Positions 49,163-62,085 of a stretch of 64,000 nucleotides of DNA are shown here, in pieces. The notes below the pieces were generated by a model. The model saw only the letters and a program-made list of their open reading frames with translations, ran no database searches and was not told the origin of the DNA. The position numbers were made by a program, and so were the translations under genes. The first letter of the stretch is position 1, and each line of letters starts with the position of its first letter. The DNA is from Malacoraja senta (Eukaryota), in contig CM075987.1 of the NCBI GenBank assembly GCA_038087875.1, positions 21,266,001 through 21,330,000 of the forward strand, written 5' to 3'.

Positions 49163-50465
49163 GCGCAGTGACACAATGGTAGAGTTGCTGCCTTACAGTG
49201 CCAGGGACCCGAGTTCAATCCTGACCACGGGTGCCGTCTATATGGAGTTTATATGTTCTGATAACCGTGTGGGTTTTCTCCAGGTGCTTCGGTTTCCTCT
49301 CACATTGCAAAGGCGTACAGATTTGTCGGAAGGAACAGCAGATGCTGGTGTAAACCGAAGATAGACAAAAAGCTGGAGTAACTCAGCGGGACAGGCAGCA
49401 TTTCTGGAGAGAAGGAATGAGTGATGTTTTGAGTCGAGACCCTTCAGACTGATTAGAGATAAGGGAAATGAGAGATATAAACGATGATTGAGAGATAAAA
49501 GAACAATGATTGAAAGATATGCAAAAAAAGTACCAATGATAAAGGAAACAAGCCATTGTTAGCTGTTGGGTGAAAACGAGAAGCTAGTGGGGGATGGAGA
49601 GAGGGAATGCTGCGGCTACCTGAAGTTAGAGAAATCACAATTCATACTATCCACTGGACTGTAAACTGCCCAAGCGAAATATGAGATGCTGGTCCTCCAA
49701 TCTGCGTTTAGCCTCACTGACAATGGAGGAGTTCTAGGACAGAAAGGTCTGTGTGGGAATGGGAAGGAGAATTAAAGTGTTTAGCAACTGGGAGATCTGG
49801 TAGGTTCAGGCGGACTGAGCGAAGGTGTTAAGTGATACGATCGCCCAGTCTACGCTTGGTCTTGCCGATGTCTAAGAGTCCACATCTTGAACAACGGAAA
49901 CTGTAAATGAGGTTGGAGGAGGTGCATGTGAACCTCTGCCTAGCCTGCAAGGACTCTCGGGGTCCCTGGACAGAGTCGAGGGAGGAAGTATAGGGACAGG
50001 TGTTGCATCTTTTGCAGGGGAAGGTACCTGGGGAGGGGATGGCTTGGGTGGGAAGGGATGGGTTAACCAGGGAGTTGCAGAGGGAACGGTCTCTGCGGAA
50101 AGGGGTGGAGATGGGAAGATGTGACTACCGTTGGGATCCGGTTGGAGGTGGCGAAAATTTCGTGGGATTCTGTGTTGTTTGCGACAGCTGATGGGGTGAA
50201 AGGTAAGGATTAGAGGGAAGGGGAGCAAAGGCAGAACTGCAGGGTACCGAGGAGACTCGAGTGAGGGTCTCATCTATGATGGGAATGGGGAACCTCTGTT
50301 CCCTAAAGAATGAGGACATCTTGGATGTCCAGATTTGTAGGTTAATTGACTTCGGTGAGTTGTAAAATTGTCCCTGGTGTGAGTAGGTTAGGGTACGGGG
50401 TGATCGCTGGTCAGTATGGATTCAGTGGGACAAATGGCGTGTTACCCTGCTGTATCCCTAAAGTT
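49163..50465 (+). mobile_element. V-SINE interrupted by a Penelope-like insertion
   Basis: 5' half 49163-49326, 3' half 50330-50465. Confidence 0.78.
49327..50329 (-). mobile_element. Penelope-like retroelement, 5'-truncated (GIY-YIG end plus pLTR)
   Basis: 9-bp TSD CAGATTTGT (49318-49326, 50330-50338); minus strand gives a GIY-YIG-like C-terminus. Confidence 0.8.
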
Positions 50466-51074
50466 TAAATCTCCGTAAGACCTGCTAAATCATCCAGTTG
50501 CTAACCATTTTAAGACCCTTTCCCATGCTATCTTTTATGTCCTAGGCCCCTCCATTGCCATAGAGGCCAGGTGCAAACTGAGGAACAGCATCTCAGATTC
50601 CGCTTTCGTACATTACATTCCGGTATGAACATTACATTCTCCAATTTTAGATAATTAACTTACAAACATCCACCCAGCCCCCTCCTAAAATCAGTATGAT
50701 GAAGGGTCTCTACCCGAAACATCATCTATCGATGTTCTCCAAAGATGCTAACTGACCTGCTGAGTTACTCCAGCATATTGTGTCCTTTTTTTAACCCGTT
50801 TAAGTCGAAAGATGTACGTATCCCTCCATAATTAATCAGCTGGTTCATATCCAGATCTGGTGTGAGGCACTGGATCTGGTAGCTTCTCTCCGCTACTTTA
50901 ACATATTACCTTTATGTTTATTATTATCACAGGTATTGAGGTGCAATAAAAAGCTTTATTTTTCATGTTATCCAAACATATAAACCCCACACACTACATA
51001 GATGCCAAGCATGCGAATTCTATCCAACGTCTGATATATTCGTTAGCGAACACACGCACACACATATATTTACA

Positions 51075-51500
51075 GATCGTTTTGCTGAACACCTCCACTC
51101 AGTCTGCCTTAACCTACCTGATATCCCGGTTGCTCAGCACTTTAACACCCCCTCCCATTCCCAATCTGACCTTTCTGTCCTGGGCCTCCTCCATTGTCAG
51201 AGTGAGGCCCAGCGTAAATTGGAGGAACAGCATCTCATATTTCGCTTGGGTAGTTTACACCCCCAGCGTTATGAACATTGACTTCTCTAACTTCAAATAG
51301 CCCTTGCTTTCCCTCTCTCGCCATCCCCTCCCACTTTCCCAGTTCTCCCACCAGTCTTCCTGTCTACGACTACATTCTATCTGTCCCGCCCACTCCCCTG
51401 ACATCAGTCTGAAGAAGGGTCTCGACCCGAAACGTCACCCATTCCTTCTCTCCAGAGATGCTGCCTGTCCCGCTGAGTTACTCCAGCATTTTGTGTTTAT
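51075..51500 (+). mobile_element. Penelope-like 3' fragment with intact hammerhead-like core
   Basis: Encodes QRKLEEQHLIFRLGSLHP..MNIDFSNF; CTGAAGAAGGGTCTCGACCCGAAACGTC at 51409-51436. Confidence 0.82.
51409..51436 (+). ncRNA. Minimal type I hammerhead-ribozyme-like motif in a PLE pLTR
   Basis: CUGAAGA-(A)-stem II GGGUC/GACCC-GAAA-CG-UC; identical copy on the minus strand at 32323-32350; helix I is weak. Confidence 0.55.
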
Positions 51501-51806
51501 CACACACAAATATATATATACACACACTGAACTTGTTTTTGTCGTTTATTATATCGTTTACAGAGTACTATGTTTACATATTCTGTTATGCTGCTGCAAG
51601 TAAGAATGTCATTGTTCTATCTAGGACATATGACAATAAAACACTCTTGGCTTGTCTCTTGATCAATCTGAAGAAGTAAACACGAAATGCTGGAGTAACT
51701 CAGCGGCTCAGGCGTCGTTGCCTGTCCATTCCTTCAACGGACGCTGCCTGACCCGTTGAGTCCCTCCAGCACTTTGTGTTTTGAGTTTCCGTCCACTGAC
51801 TTTTAC

Positions 51807-51873
51807 CTTCAGCAGGTACATCGTCCTCTTCATGCTCCACATTAACAGCCGGCTCCCCATTCGGTCCCGACAT
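51807..51873 (-). CDS. BBLN: Bublin coiled-coil protein (C9orf16), coding exon 1
   Basis: MSGPNGEPAVNVEHEEDDVPAE resembles human MSGPNGD...; donor G|GTAAAA, phase 1 matches exon 2; total 85 aa. Confidence 0.92.
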
Positions 51874-52699
51874 TGCAACAAAATCCCCTCCCCCGGTGGT
51901 TGTAGCAACTGGAGCTTCACCTCTGACCTCAATGTAACAACCGGCTGCAAGGGGCCCTAACACGGGTTGTCCCTAACCCGCCTGAGAAGAGTTCACTTAA
52001 TTAATCGTCAATTGTTTTTACCTAAATCATTTCAAGTACAAAAAAAGAACATAATTCGGAGGATTATCATAGATTCCGGCAGCGAGGCAGACAGTCGGCT
52101 GCGATGACGATCTTGTTGCAATGTCAGCAGTTTGCCCTTGGTTGAAAGGGTTCGCTTAAAAACCCTGGAGGAAAATAATAGAAAGTCATTAACTTCAGGC
52201 CACAACACTTGTTAAAGTAAGAAAAGCTCCTCCAAGAACCCCTGAGAAACGTTGTATCTTATCATAGCTATTATGTAAGATGCACAGCGACCGATACTGT
52301 GTAGAGGCCAGAAACAACATAATACTGATTGAAGAATGAAACGCATGTTTGTTAATAAATAAGTATATCAGATTTTTGAAGAAGTCACGTGCTGTGTATC
52401 AACATGGTGTGGGTTTAGATCTGAGAGGGGAGTTGGGGGGGGGCAGGATTGATGCTGAAGAGACCACCTCTGACAGTACATACTCAGTGTTGAGTTGCAG
52501 ATAATTCATTTAGTCAGATCTGAGGTCACATAATTTTCAATCCCACCTTCAAATGTAGTAGTGCACACTGATAATGCCATTTCCACAGTGAAAGTCTTTC
52601 AGTGCCAATAGGGCACAGTATTGGGGGAAGTATGTTAATATGGATCAGTTTTCACAAAATTAGTCTTTCTTGGGCTGAAAAGATGCAAATGGAGGAGTG

Positions 52700-53665
52700 C
52701 CCCCAAGATCAGTTTTTATTTCAATTGATTCCTTTTTATAGGACTGACTCGGAGGATGGGACAGGGTCAATTTTGCCAAAGATGCAAAAATAATTGGGAT
52801 GGGCATGTTGTGCTGAGGATGTTTGACTCTGCAAAAGTCTACAGATGATTTGAGTGAAGGAAGTGGAAACTAAATGTGGGGAAAAGATGAACTAATGCAA
52901 TTGTGTAAAAAATATCAAAAGGCAGATCATTATCTAAAAAGAGAGTGGTTGTAAATAAGTGCAGTATAGAGGGATCCCTTACATGAATCAGAAAAAAACA
53001 GCAGGTGGGTGCAGCATGTAGTGTAGGAAGGCAAATAGCATATTGGGGTTTTCTTGTAAGGGAATTCGAAGTTTAACAATAAATAAAAAAGGTTAAAATT
53101 GTACAGGTTGTTCGAGGCTGTCTGGAGAGGTTGTCTGGACTACTATATATTATTTGGACTCCTTATTTAAGAAATTATGTCACAAGTGATTGACAAGGCT
53201 AGTTGATGGAAGGGTTTTCTTGTCACAAACAAATTGTCATAAAGAAGTTGGATTTCTATTCTTTGGCGTTTAGAAGAATGAAGGGTGAGCTTATTCAAGA
53301 TTCATGGGAGAGAGAGAGTCTCGAAGGAGCCTCAACTGGAGAGTGATAGTCTCAAATGAGGGGACAAATTCATAAGAAATGGGGTTGTCATGTAAACCTG
53401 AAGAGTGCAGGAAGTTCTTCCCACGGAGAATGGTGAATCTCTGGAATTCTCTCCTCCAAAGGATTGTGGAAGCAGGATAATTGGAGGTATTTAAGGAAGG
53501 GGTAGCTCATTATTTTTGAAAGATTAGAGAACTGAGAGCTTTGGGGAATTGGTGCAAAAGAAAAGATGAGACCTTCGGCAGATCAGCCATGTTTGTATTG
53601 AATGGTGGGCAGGCTTGAGGGGGCGAGGGGACCATTCTGGCTGCTATTTTATGGTGTTCTTGAAA
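52700..53665 (+). mobile_element. Heavily degraded CR1 LINE
   Basis: Residual RT/3' sequence (GGTGAATCTCTGGAATTCTCT, GATCAGCCATG..TTGAATGG). Confidence 0.65.
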
Positions 53666-54781
53666 AGCACACAGGAATTTCAAGTTGTGAAAGTTGGTCC
53701 AAAAATGTCAGTAAATACACAAGGAGCGAAGAAGGGTGGGACTCAAAAAGTCACTTTTCCATGTTCTCCAGAGATGTTGCCTGACCCACTGAGTTACTCC
53801 AGCACTTTGTTTTTTCCCCCCAAAAATGCCAGTTCTGCCTTACATTTTCAACTCCTATTTTAACCAATTAAAATATTTCAGAAAATGCAGATTCATAAAC
53901 TATCATATTTAGATGGAAACACAAGGAAGTGCAAATGTAGGATTCTTGAGCAAAATACACAGTGCTGGAGTACACTGCAGGTCATGGAGTTTATACTGCA
54001 TGGAAATAGGTCATTTGGCCCAACTTGTCCTTACTGACTCGGATGCCCATTATGCTAGTCCCATCAGGCAGCATTTATGGAAGGAATGGACAAACGTTGT
54101 TTAGGTTGGGACCCCTCTTCTGACTGAATGTCGGAGGGGGGAGAAAGCTGGAAAAGAGGTAGTGTGGGACAAAGCTGGAAAAGAGGTAGTGTGGGACAAA
54201 GCCTGGCAAGTGATAGGTAAATACAGGTGAAGGGGATTTGATGAAGATTGTGAGTTGGAATCCAACGCTTATCCCCTCCAGAGACAGAGGCCAATTAAAA
54301 AAAAATCCCTTGTTGTTCTGGCTGAGTCAATTGATTAGACTGTTTGCCTTTGCGATATTAGAGCTAATACCTATTAAAATATCGAGGTATTTCGTTTTTC
54401 AAAGGTTTTTATTTATTTTTGTTTGTTAAATTAAAAATATATATATTGTTGTGCTCTTATTATAAAGAATGGCACACTTGTTATGTTTGGGGGCTGGTGA
54501 CACTGAGGCAATTCTCATGGTCAGGTTAGGACTAAATGTGGTCGTGATTATTGGATTTTTGATTTGAGCAGTTAGTTTACAGAGTTAGATTACATTTTAC
54601 GTTGCACAAACAAAATTATTTTATCAGCACTGTTATAGCTCAGGAACTCAATCGACGAGAAACTCTGTTCTACAGTTGAAATGCCAAGAAGGCATCTGAA
54701 AGGAGAACAAAAAATCGGCATTGAAGCAATGCAATGCGCCTTTAAAAATACCAGGACTGAACCTCTTTCCGCGACGTAAAG

Positions 54782-55045
54782 ATGGCAGCTTCCTGCGTTG
54801 GTGCAGGGTTGTATTGTAGCCGTCTTGCAGCTTGCAGGAATGTCGGTAAATGGCAGTTCCCGGCGCTGCAGTCTGGCTGTCGGTTGTATGGTCACGGCGA
54901 GGGTTTGCAGAAGAAGCTAACGGAGAGATTGATAGCTGGCAACACAGCGCTGGGCTTTGCATTTGTGCTGGGTGGCACCCTGGGTCTGTATCAGACAGTC
55001 AGGCATTATGCACGGCAGCATCAAGCCCAGCAGCAACATACAAAG
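54782..55045 (+). CDS. PTGES2: Prostaglandin E synthase 2, exon 1
   Basis: AAGATGGC start; presequence-like N-terminus and hydrophobic ALGFAFVLGGTLGLYQT (human LALGGALGLYHT); donor AAG|GTAAAC. Confidence 0.88.
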
Positions 55046-55779
55046 GTAAACACTGGAGAAACTAAGCAGCAGGAAAGTAAAATCATGGTTTAACTCTGTG
55101 TACTGGATCAAACTAGATGTATTTAAAACTAAGGTGGGTCGGAATTTATTCCCACGAAGGGTGGTGATTATCTGGAATTCCGTATTCCACAGTGCAGTGG
55201 AAACGAATTACTTGTTATTAAAAGAGGAGGCAGATCATTTTATTTAAAAGATTATGAAACTGAGAGCTACGACGAGAGGCTGTAATACACTACCTGGGGT
55301 AATGGTGGAGGCAGACATGATAGTGGCGTTGAAGAGGATTTTAGATGGGCACATGGATATGGAGGGATGGATCAGGTGCAAGCAGATGAGATTAGTTTAA
55401 CTTGGCATCTTGTTTGGCACGGACATTGTGGGCCAAAGTTCGTAAGTGCAATACTATTCAATGTTATAATATCAGTAATTGTAGCCTATTGGGTTTTCAA
55501 CGTTTTGAATTTGTGAGTTTTCACAGATGCAGCTTAAATACAATTCAGATCAGAACACTGTCCAGTTAAATTGAGTTATTTTGTTGTGGCAAATATACTT
55601 GAAAGAATGTTAAACTTTTTTTGTTTGAAAAATGTAGGAAGCAGTGCTATGAAATTGTGCTGCTTTTCTGAAAATATGAGTAATTCTGATTATTTTTTTT
55701 GGTGGGGGAACTTGAGTTCAAACCAATTAATTTAACATATGTTGCAGTCCAGAGGGGTGTCATCATTCAATTCCCTTTG

Positions 55780-55955
55780 TTGGGCAGCTTAGTGGGGGAC
55801 TTATAGAATATCCATCTCTCATTCAACATTATAAAAAGATCTGGTAATTATCACTTTGACTTGTGTTTCCTACATTACAAATGACTATAATTCAAATGTG
55901 TGTTTCATTAGCTCTAATGAATTTTGGATATCATGAAGTCGCAATATTTGCAAAT
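55780..55955 (+). mobile_element. Ancient Deu-SINE/L2-like 3' tail relic
   Basis: ATCTGGTAATTATCAC...GTTTCCTACATTACAAATGACTA...TTCATTAGCTCTAA resembles the recalled SacSINE1-type tail. Confidence 0.45.
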
Positions 55956-56624
55956 TTTATTTATCCATGTGAAAAATGGTGATTGGTTTCAAACATTTTC
56001 ATTTTTTCCCCTTAAATGTTAATGTTCAATCAAGATCCCATATTGCAACTTTCTAATGAAAGCAATGGTTTTAATTTCACATCATTATCAGTATTGTATA
56101 AAACAACAAATTAATGTGCGAACAGGGCACAATATTTACTTGTTTTGTCAGTGTAGCAGACACTTCCAAGTAACTTGATATTTTCAAGATCTAGAACAAG
56201 TGCTGTATAACTTTTTTGAGTTCTGAAATTTATTATTGCTAAATTGTTTGCTTTCATTCCTGGGGAACAGGAACAGGATTATGTAATTCTGCCTTTTGCA
56301 TGTGCTGCACCTTTCCAATAGATAATGGTTTATCTGTTGCCCAACTCCTGTTGCCACCTTTGATTCTGTAACTTTTGGTGTACAAGATATTTCTGTGTTG
56401 ATATTTCTACTGACCAGAAGCCATAACACCTGCTAGGTGTTCCACAACTTGTCAACCTTTAGTTTACATGTCTGTCAGTGTACCAGACTCTGGATCTGTT
56501 CCTAATGTTAAAAAAACAACACAAAGTGCTGGAGTAACTCAGCGGGTCAGGCAGCATCGCTGGAGGACATGGATAGGCTACTTTTTGGGTGTAGACCCTT
56601 CTTCAGACCCTGACAAAACATCAG

Positions 56625-57226
<602 letters not shown>

Positions 57227-57951
57227 TAAATGAACATAAATACAAAATACTGAGCATTTAAAAAAAAGTTATACTTTGTATGTGGGGGTGCAGTTTTCTG
57301 GATGGGGATGTAGGAGTTGATGTAAGATCTTTACGATGAGTAATAATGGTCAGTATCATTACCTACTGAAGAATATTAAAATCTGAAATAGAATCTGAAA
57401 ATGTTCTCAAAACCTGAAGGTTGGGCAGCATCTGTGGAGAAACAATCCGGGTTATCAATCAACAGAATTGATGACAACGTAGAAATGTTTCTTACCAATG
57501 TGGGTTTTAACTTGAAAGGGTAATTAATAGGGTACAAAGCAATTTGTGATATCTAAGAAACATAAATAGAAAATGCAAGAGACATAATAGGCAAAGACCA
57601 TGGGGAGGGAGCAAGAGAGTCGACATTTCAGTTGGTCCTGGTATGAGATTGCATAAATCTCATACCAGTTTGATGTATTATCTAAATCTATGTCTCTTTT
57701 CCTTTCCTACCTCTTTGTTTCTTTTTCTTTTTCATGTCTGAGATCATTTCCACTCTTTCTTCACCCTACCACTTTTCTTCATTCTCTCTCTACAAGTTTC
57801 ATAACATGTTTAATGTAGGTTTCAGATTCTTTTAAAATGAAATCTAACAAGTAAATGAATGTAGTTTTTGGCATTAGAGTGTAGAGTTGGTTAATTGGCA
57901 GTTGTAAGCAATAAACAGCTTGTAACCAATTTTTATTTATTTCATTTTCAG

Positions 57952-58007
57952 CAAATCAACGATTCCTCGGTTATCATCAGTGCTATAAAAACATATTTAG
58001 TGTCCAG
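57952..58007 (+). CDS. PTGES2: PTGES2 exon 3
   Basis: QINDSSVIISAIKTYLVS; phases 0 and 2. Confidence 0.93.
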
Positions 58008-58844
58008 GTAAACTAAAAGTGGCCACTGTCAATCATATTACTTTTTATTTCCAAGTTTCTTGGCTTTGTGAAGTTTACACTCCTACTCAGTTTCAATCTT
58101 CTGTCCTCAAAACATTTTTCTGCCTCTGGCTATTAGTTTTGCTTTCTTTATTTTCATCCTTTACATTTATAAACTTTATTTAGTTTTCTTTTGATGTTTT
58201 ATTTGAACACCAATGAATCAAAGTTGATTTCTTTGAAACCATCACTTTCTCTTCCCATGTTCCAGTTGTTAAGTGTTTTGAGGCAGTAATACTTAAAATT
58301 ATATTGGCTTTAAATATTTTCATGATAAATTTAGAAATATTAATAAAATTGAAAATGTTCAATCACAAAGATGAACATTTTAATTGGTATAGTTGGTTCA
58401 CCTATAAAGTCATATGGAGCCATTCATTAATATTTGCATATGGTAGTCAGTCTTGTGCTACTATTGTCTTTGATTTTAAATGTTAGATCTTATCAAATAG
58501 TGAAAGACCTGGACAGGGTGGATGTGGAGAGGATGTTTCTACTAGTGGGAAAGTCTGGGACCAGAGGCAATAACGGAATAATCAAATGGGGTAGAGTTAA
58601 GAGTATGTGGCAGCGTCTCCAGGAAGTAGGTTATAGATTCATACAGCACAGAAACGGGTCGTTTGGCCCAACTTGTCCATGCTGACCAAAATGCCTCATC
58701 TTAGCCTGTCTCATTTGGCCGCATTTGTCCATATCCCTCTATAACTTTCCTATCCGTGTACCTGTCCCAATGTCTTTTAAGTGCTGTTATTGAACGTACC
58801 TTAATTACTTCCTCTGGCAGCTCATTTTGATGTACCCACCATGT

Positions 58845-59580
58845 TCAGGCTTGCAAGTCCCTGTATCTTCTCCCAGAAAGTAGAAGGGAGAAAAGAGAAT
58901 GGCCAGGTGACAGACGTCCTTGATGATGCTTCCTGCATTTCTAATGCAACCCACCGTGAAGATGGATTGGGTGGGAGGAATTGACAAGCCTGTGATGGAC
59001 TGGGTTACATTCACCACTATCTGCCAGTTTCAGACGGTCAAGAGCAGAGCAGTTGCCATACCAAGCTGAGATGCATCATATCAGAATAGTTCGTCTGGCA
59101 CATCTATACCTGTATAAGTTTGAGAGAGTCCTCGTAGACATGCTAACTCTCATTCGTCTAAGAAAGTAAATGCACTACTGCACTTTCTTGATCACCACTT
59201 CATTGTGAAGGGACCAGGTTAGGTTGTTGGTGATATGAATGCCTTGGAGCATGAAGCTGCGGCCATCTCTGCAACAGCACCTTTACAAATTTGAAAGTGC
59301 ACACAACCAGGCTCCGGAACAGCTTCTTCCCCTCCATTATCAGGCTTCTGAATGGTACTTCCATAGACTAGTGTACTGTCCAATTTGTTGCGCACATTGG
59401 ATTTTGTCTATGGGACTGATGCACTACATTGTTAGAACTATATTCTGCACTCTGTATCTTGCCCTTTGCTCTACCTTGATTTTTGACAATTGTATTTATG
59501 TGTAGTATCTGATCTAATTGGATAACATGCAAAATAAAGCTTTTCACTCGGTACATGTGACAATAATAAACCTAACTTAG
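58845..59580. mobile_element. Rex1/Babar-type LINE remnant (minus body, plus-strand 3' tail)
   Basis: AACAGCTTCTTCCCCTCCATTATCAGGCTTCTGAA...GTGACAATAATAAACC tail; minus-strand ORF remnant ~58845-59280. Confidence 0.55.
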
Positions 59581-59666
59581 AACATGTTGTTGCTTGCAAA
59601 TACTGGTACTCTTGACGTGTATTTACGATGCAACTTAAAACGTACTGTTTTCTCACTCTTTTTCAG

Positions 59667-59819
59667 GGACAGAAACCTACATCAGGTGATATCATTTTAC
59701 CCAGAGCTGAAATCAAAAAATGAGAAGGGGAAAGAGATCACTGAATACAACAACAAGTACTGGGTGATGCTGGAGGATCAGGATGAGCAGCAATTCTATC
59801 CCAATAAGGAGACTAGAAA
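59667..59819 (+). CDS. PTGES2: PTGES2 exon 4
   Basis: FYPELKSKNEKGKEITEYNNKYWVML; phases 2 and 2. Confidence 0.94.
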
Positions 59820-59871
59820 GTATGTTGAACTGAAGCATCAATAATATCTATCATTAAATTTTTATATTTCA

Positions 59872-60512
59872 CTAGACCAAGTGCAGACCCGTTGGGTCTG
59901 TTCCCGCAACGCGCGGTTGCAAGAGGAGGGGGCGGCCTGATGTCATCGCGCAATGCCACGCGCTAGGCGTACGCCGTCGAGACGCTGCGTACGACGTCGA
60001 GACGCTGCGTGCGACGTCGAGACACTGCGTACGCCCTCAATGCGCCTGCGAGCCGACAGGCCGTTGACGCGCGGGATTTTCGGACAGTGCAAGCCAGCGA
60101 GGAAGGCGAAAAGCAGCGGGGGGAGTAGGCGATCTTTGGCTTCGGCCAGCGTGACAGAGCCTGGCCTTGGGGGGGGGGGGGGGGAGTGGAGGAAGTAAAA
60201 TTGCTAGCGAAATGGGAAAAATGTCGGTGTTTTTGGAGGAGAGCCAGGCGGCAGCAGCCGTTATGGTCGCTGGCCAGCAGGAGGCGGAAAAAATGAGTGA
60301 GTGGGGGGGGGGGGGGGAAGGATTTTATTTAAAATGTGTACTGAAATATGACTAAATTTAATGAGGAGTGGATGAGCGAATGTAAAAGTGAAATGGCTAG
60401 CAAAATGGTAAAAATCTCGGCGTTTTTGCGTGTGGTTTTGGCGGAGTAACGAATCAAAGGCCAAAAATATGACATACACCTACACACACACAGAGTTTTA
60501 AAAGTATATAGA
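59872..60512 (-). mobile_element. Non-autonomous Helitron
   Basis: Minus strand starts TCTATATAC and ends with hairpin CAGACCCAACGGGTCTG + CACTTGGTCTAG; A|T insertion, no TSD. Confidence 0.82.
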
Positions 60513-60950
60513 TGTATATCATTTGTACTAACAAGGACAGATATCTGTGTCATCCAGTGTGTTCCCTCTTTCCACCACCAATGAATTATGAAAAACTCAG
60601 TCCATTTTTTTTTTTTTTGAAATGCTACAGTTTGTGTGCAAAAAGTTCCCACTGTGCCACTGAATCACCACCATTTGGGCCAGGTTCAATGCGGCAGAGT
60701 CTCTATACTTTGCAGTTAGTCTGGCCGTGATTTGATGGTGGTGCTATGACCTTGCGAAGGGAAACACCAATCTATGTGCAAGGATTTGTTTTTGACTGTA
60801 TTTTAGGATTTATCAAATGCACACTTCACTTCCCCATACCATTCAGAAGTATGAGGGGAGATTGGTCAATGTGAACTTCTTCCCACCTTCCCCCCCCCCC
60901 CCCCCCCCGCTCCCCCTTTCCAGCCTACAGATGCCCCTGTACATCTAAAC

Positions 60951-61178
60951 CAGGGGTTCCCAACCTTCTTCGTACCGTATACCCCTGGCAACTTTTCGAA
61001 AGTAAATTGACCCCCACCCTGTTTTGTTCAGTAATTGGAGTTTACACTTCTACCAAAATAAAGCAACTGACAAAGGGGAAAATTAAAAAAATACTGTTTT
61101 TAAACATTATTATTTTAAGGTCCAGAATCAACAAATTTACCCCCTGGGGGTAAATTTACCCCAGGTTGGGAACCCTTG
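60951..61178. mobile_element. hAT-type MITE
   Basis: TIRs CAGGGGTTCCCAACCT / AGGTTGGGAACCCTTG; 8-bp TSD ATCTA(A/G)AC. Confidence 0.8.
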
Positions 61179-61179
61179 A

Positions 61180-61479
<300 letters not shown>

Positions 61480-61601
61480 TAGATTTTTTAGAGGATTCGG
61501 GAACCTGAACTCCCAATGAAGAAGCTGCATCACATTCTTTGGTTGTTTAATCTCAAATAAAGTTCTAATCTTCCTTTTTGACCTTCTGTGCATTGTCATA
61601 A

Positions 61602-61754
<153 letters not shown>

Positions 61755-61834
61755 TAATTCTGGATTATATTTGAGTGCCTTGATCCCACAGCTGAAAAGT
61801 TACAACTTCCAGGAATGTTTGAATAAGTTATGTG

Positions 61835-62085
61835 TCTTTGGCCCAACAACTCCATGCTGACCAGCGATCCCTGCACACTAGCACTATCCTACATGCACTA
61901 GGGACAACTTACAAAATTTTTTTTTCAAGCCGATTAGCCTACAAACCTGTATTTCTTTGGAATGTGGGAGGAAACCCACGCGATCACAGGGGGAACGTAC
62001 AAACTCCATACTGACAGCACCCCTGGTCAGGATTGAACCCGAGTCTCTGGTGCTGTAAGGCAGCAACTCTACCACTGTGCTGCCC
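61835..62085 (-). mobile_element. V-SINE copy
   Basis: V-domain core and head in reverse complement. Confidence 0.75.

Larger units (their letters stand above)
48300..50790 (+). mobile_element. Old Penelope-like element split by nested V-SINE and Penelope insertions
   Basis: PLE-type sequence 48300-49160 resumes at ~50470 (GAGGAACAGCATCTCAGATTCCGC) and ends in a pLTR at ~50700-50790. Confidence 0.65.

Noticed and set aside
59976-60035. Short direct repeats as a CRISPR-like array
   Set aside because: Contiguous tandem units without spacers in a eukaryotic transposon.
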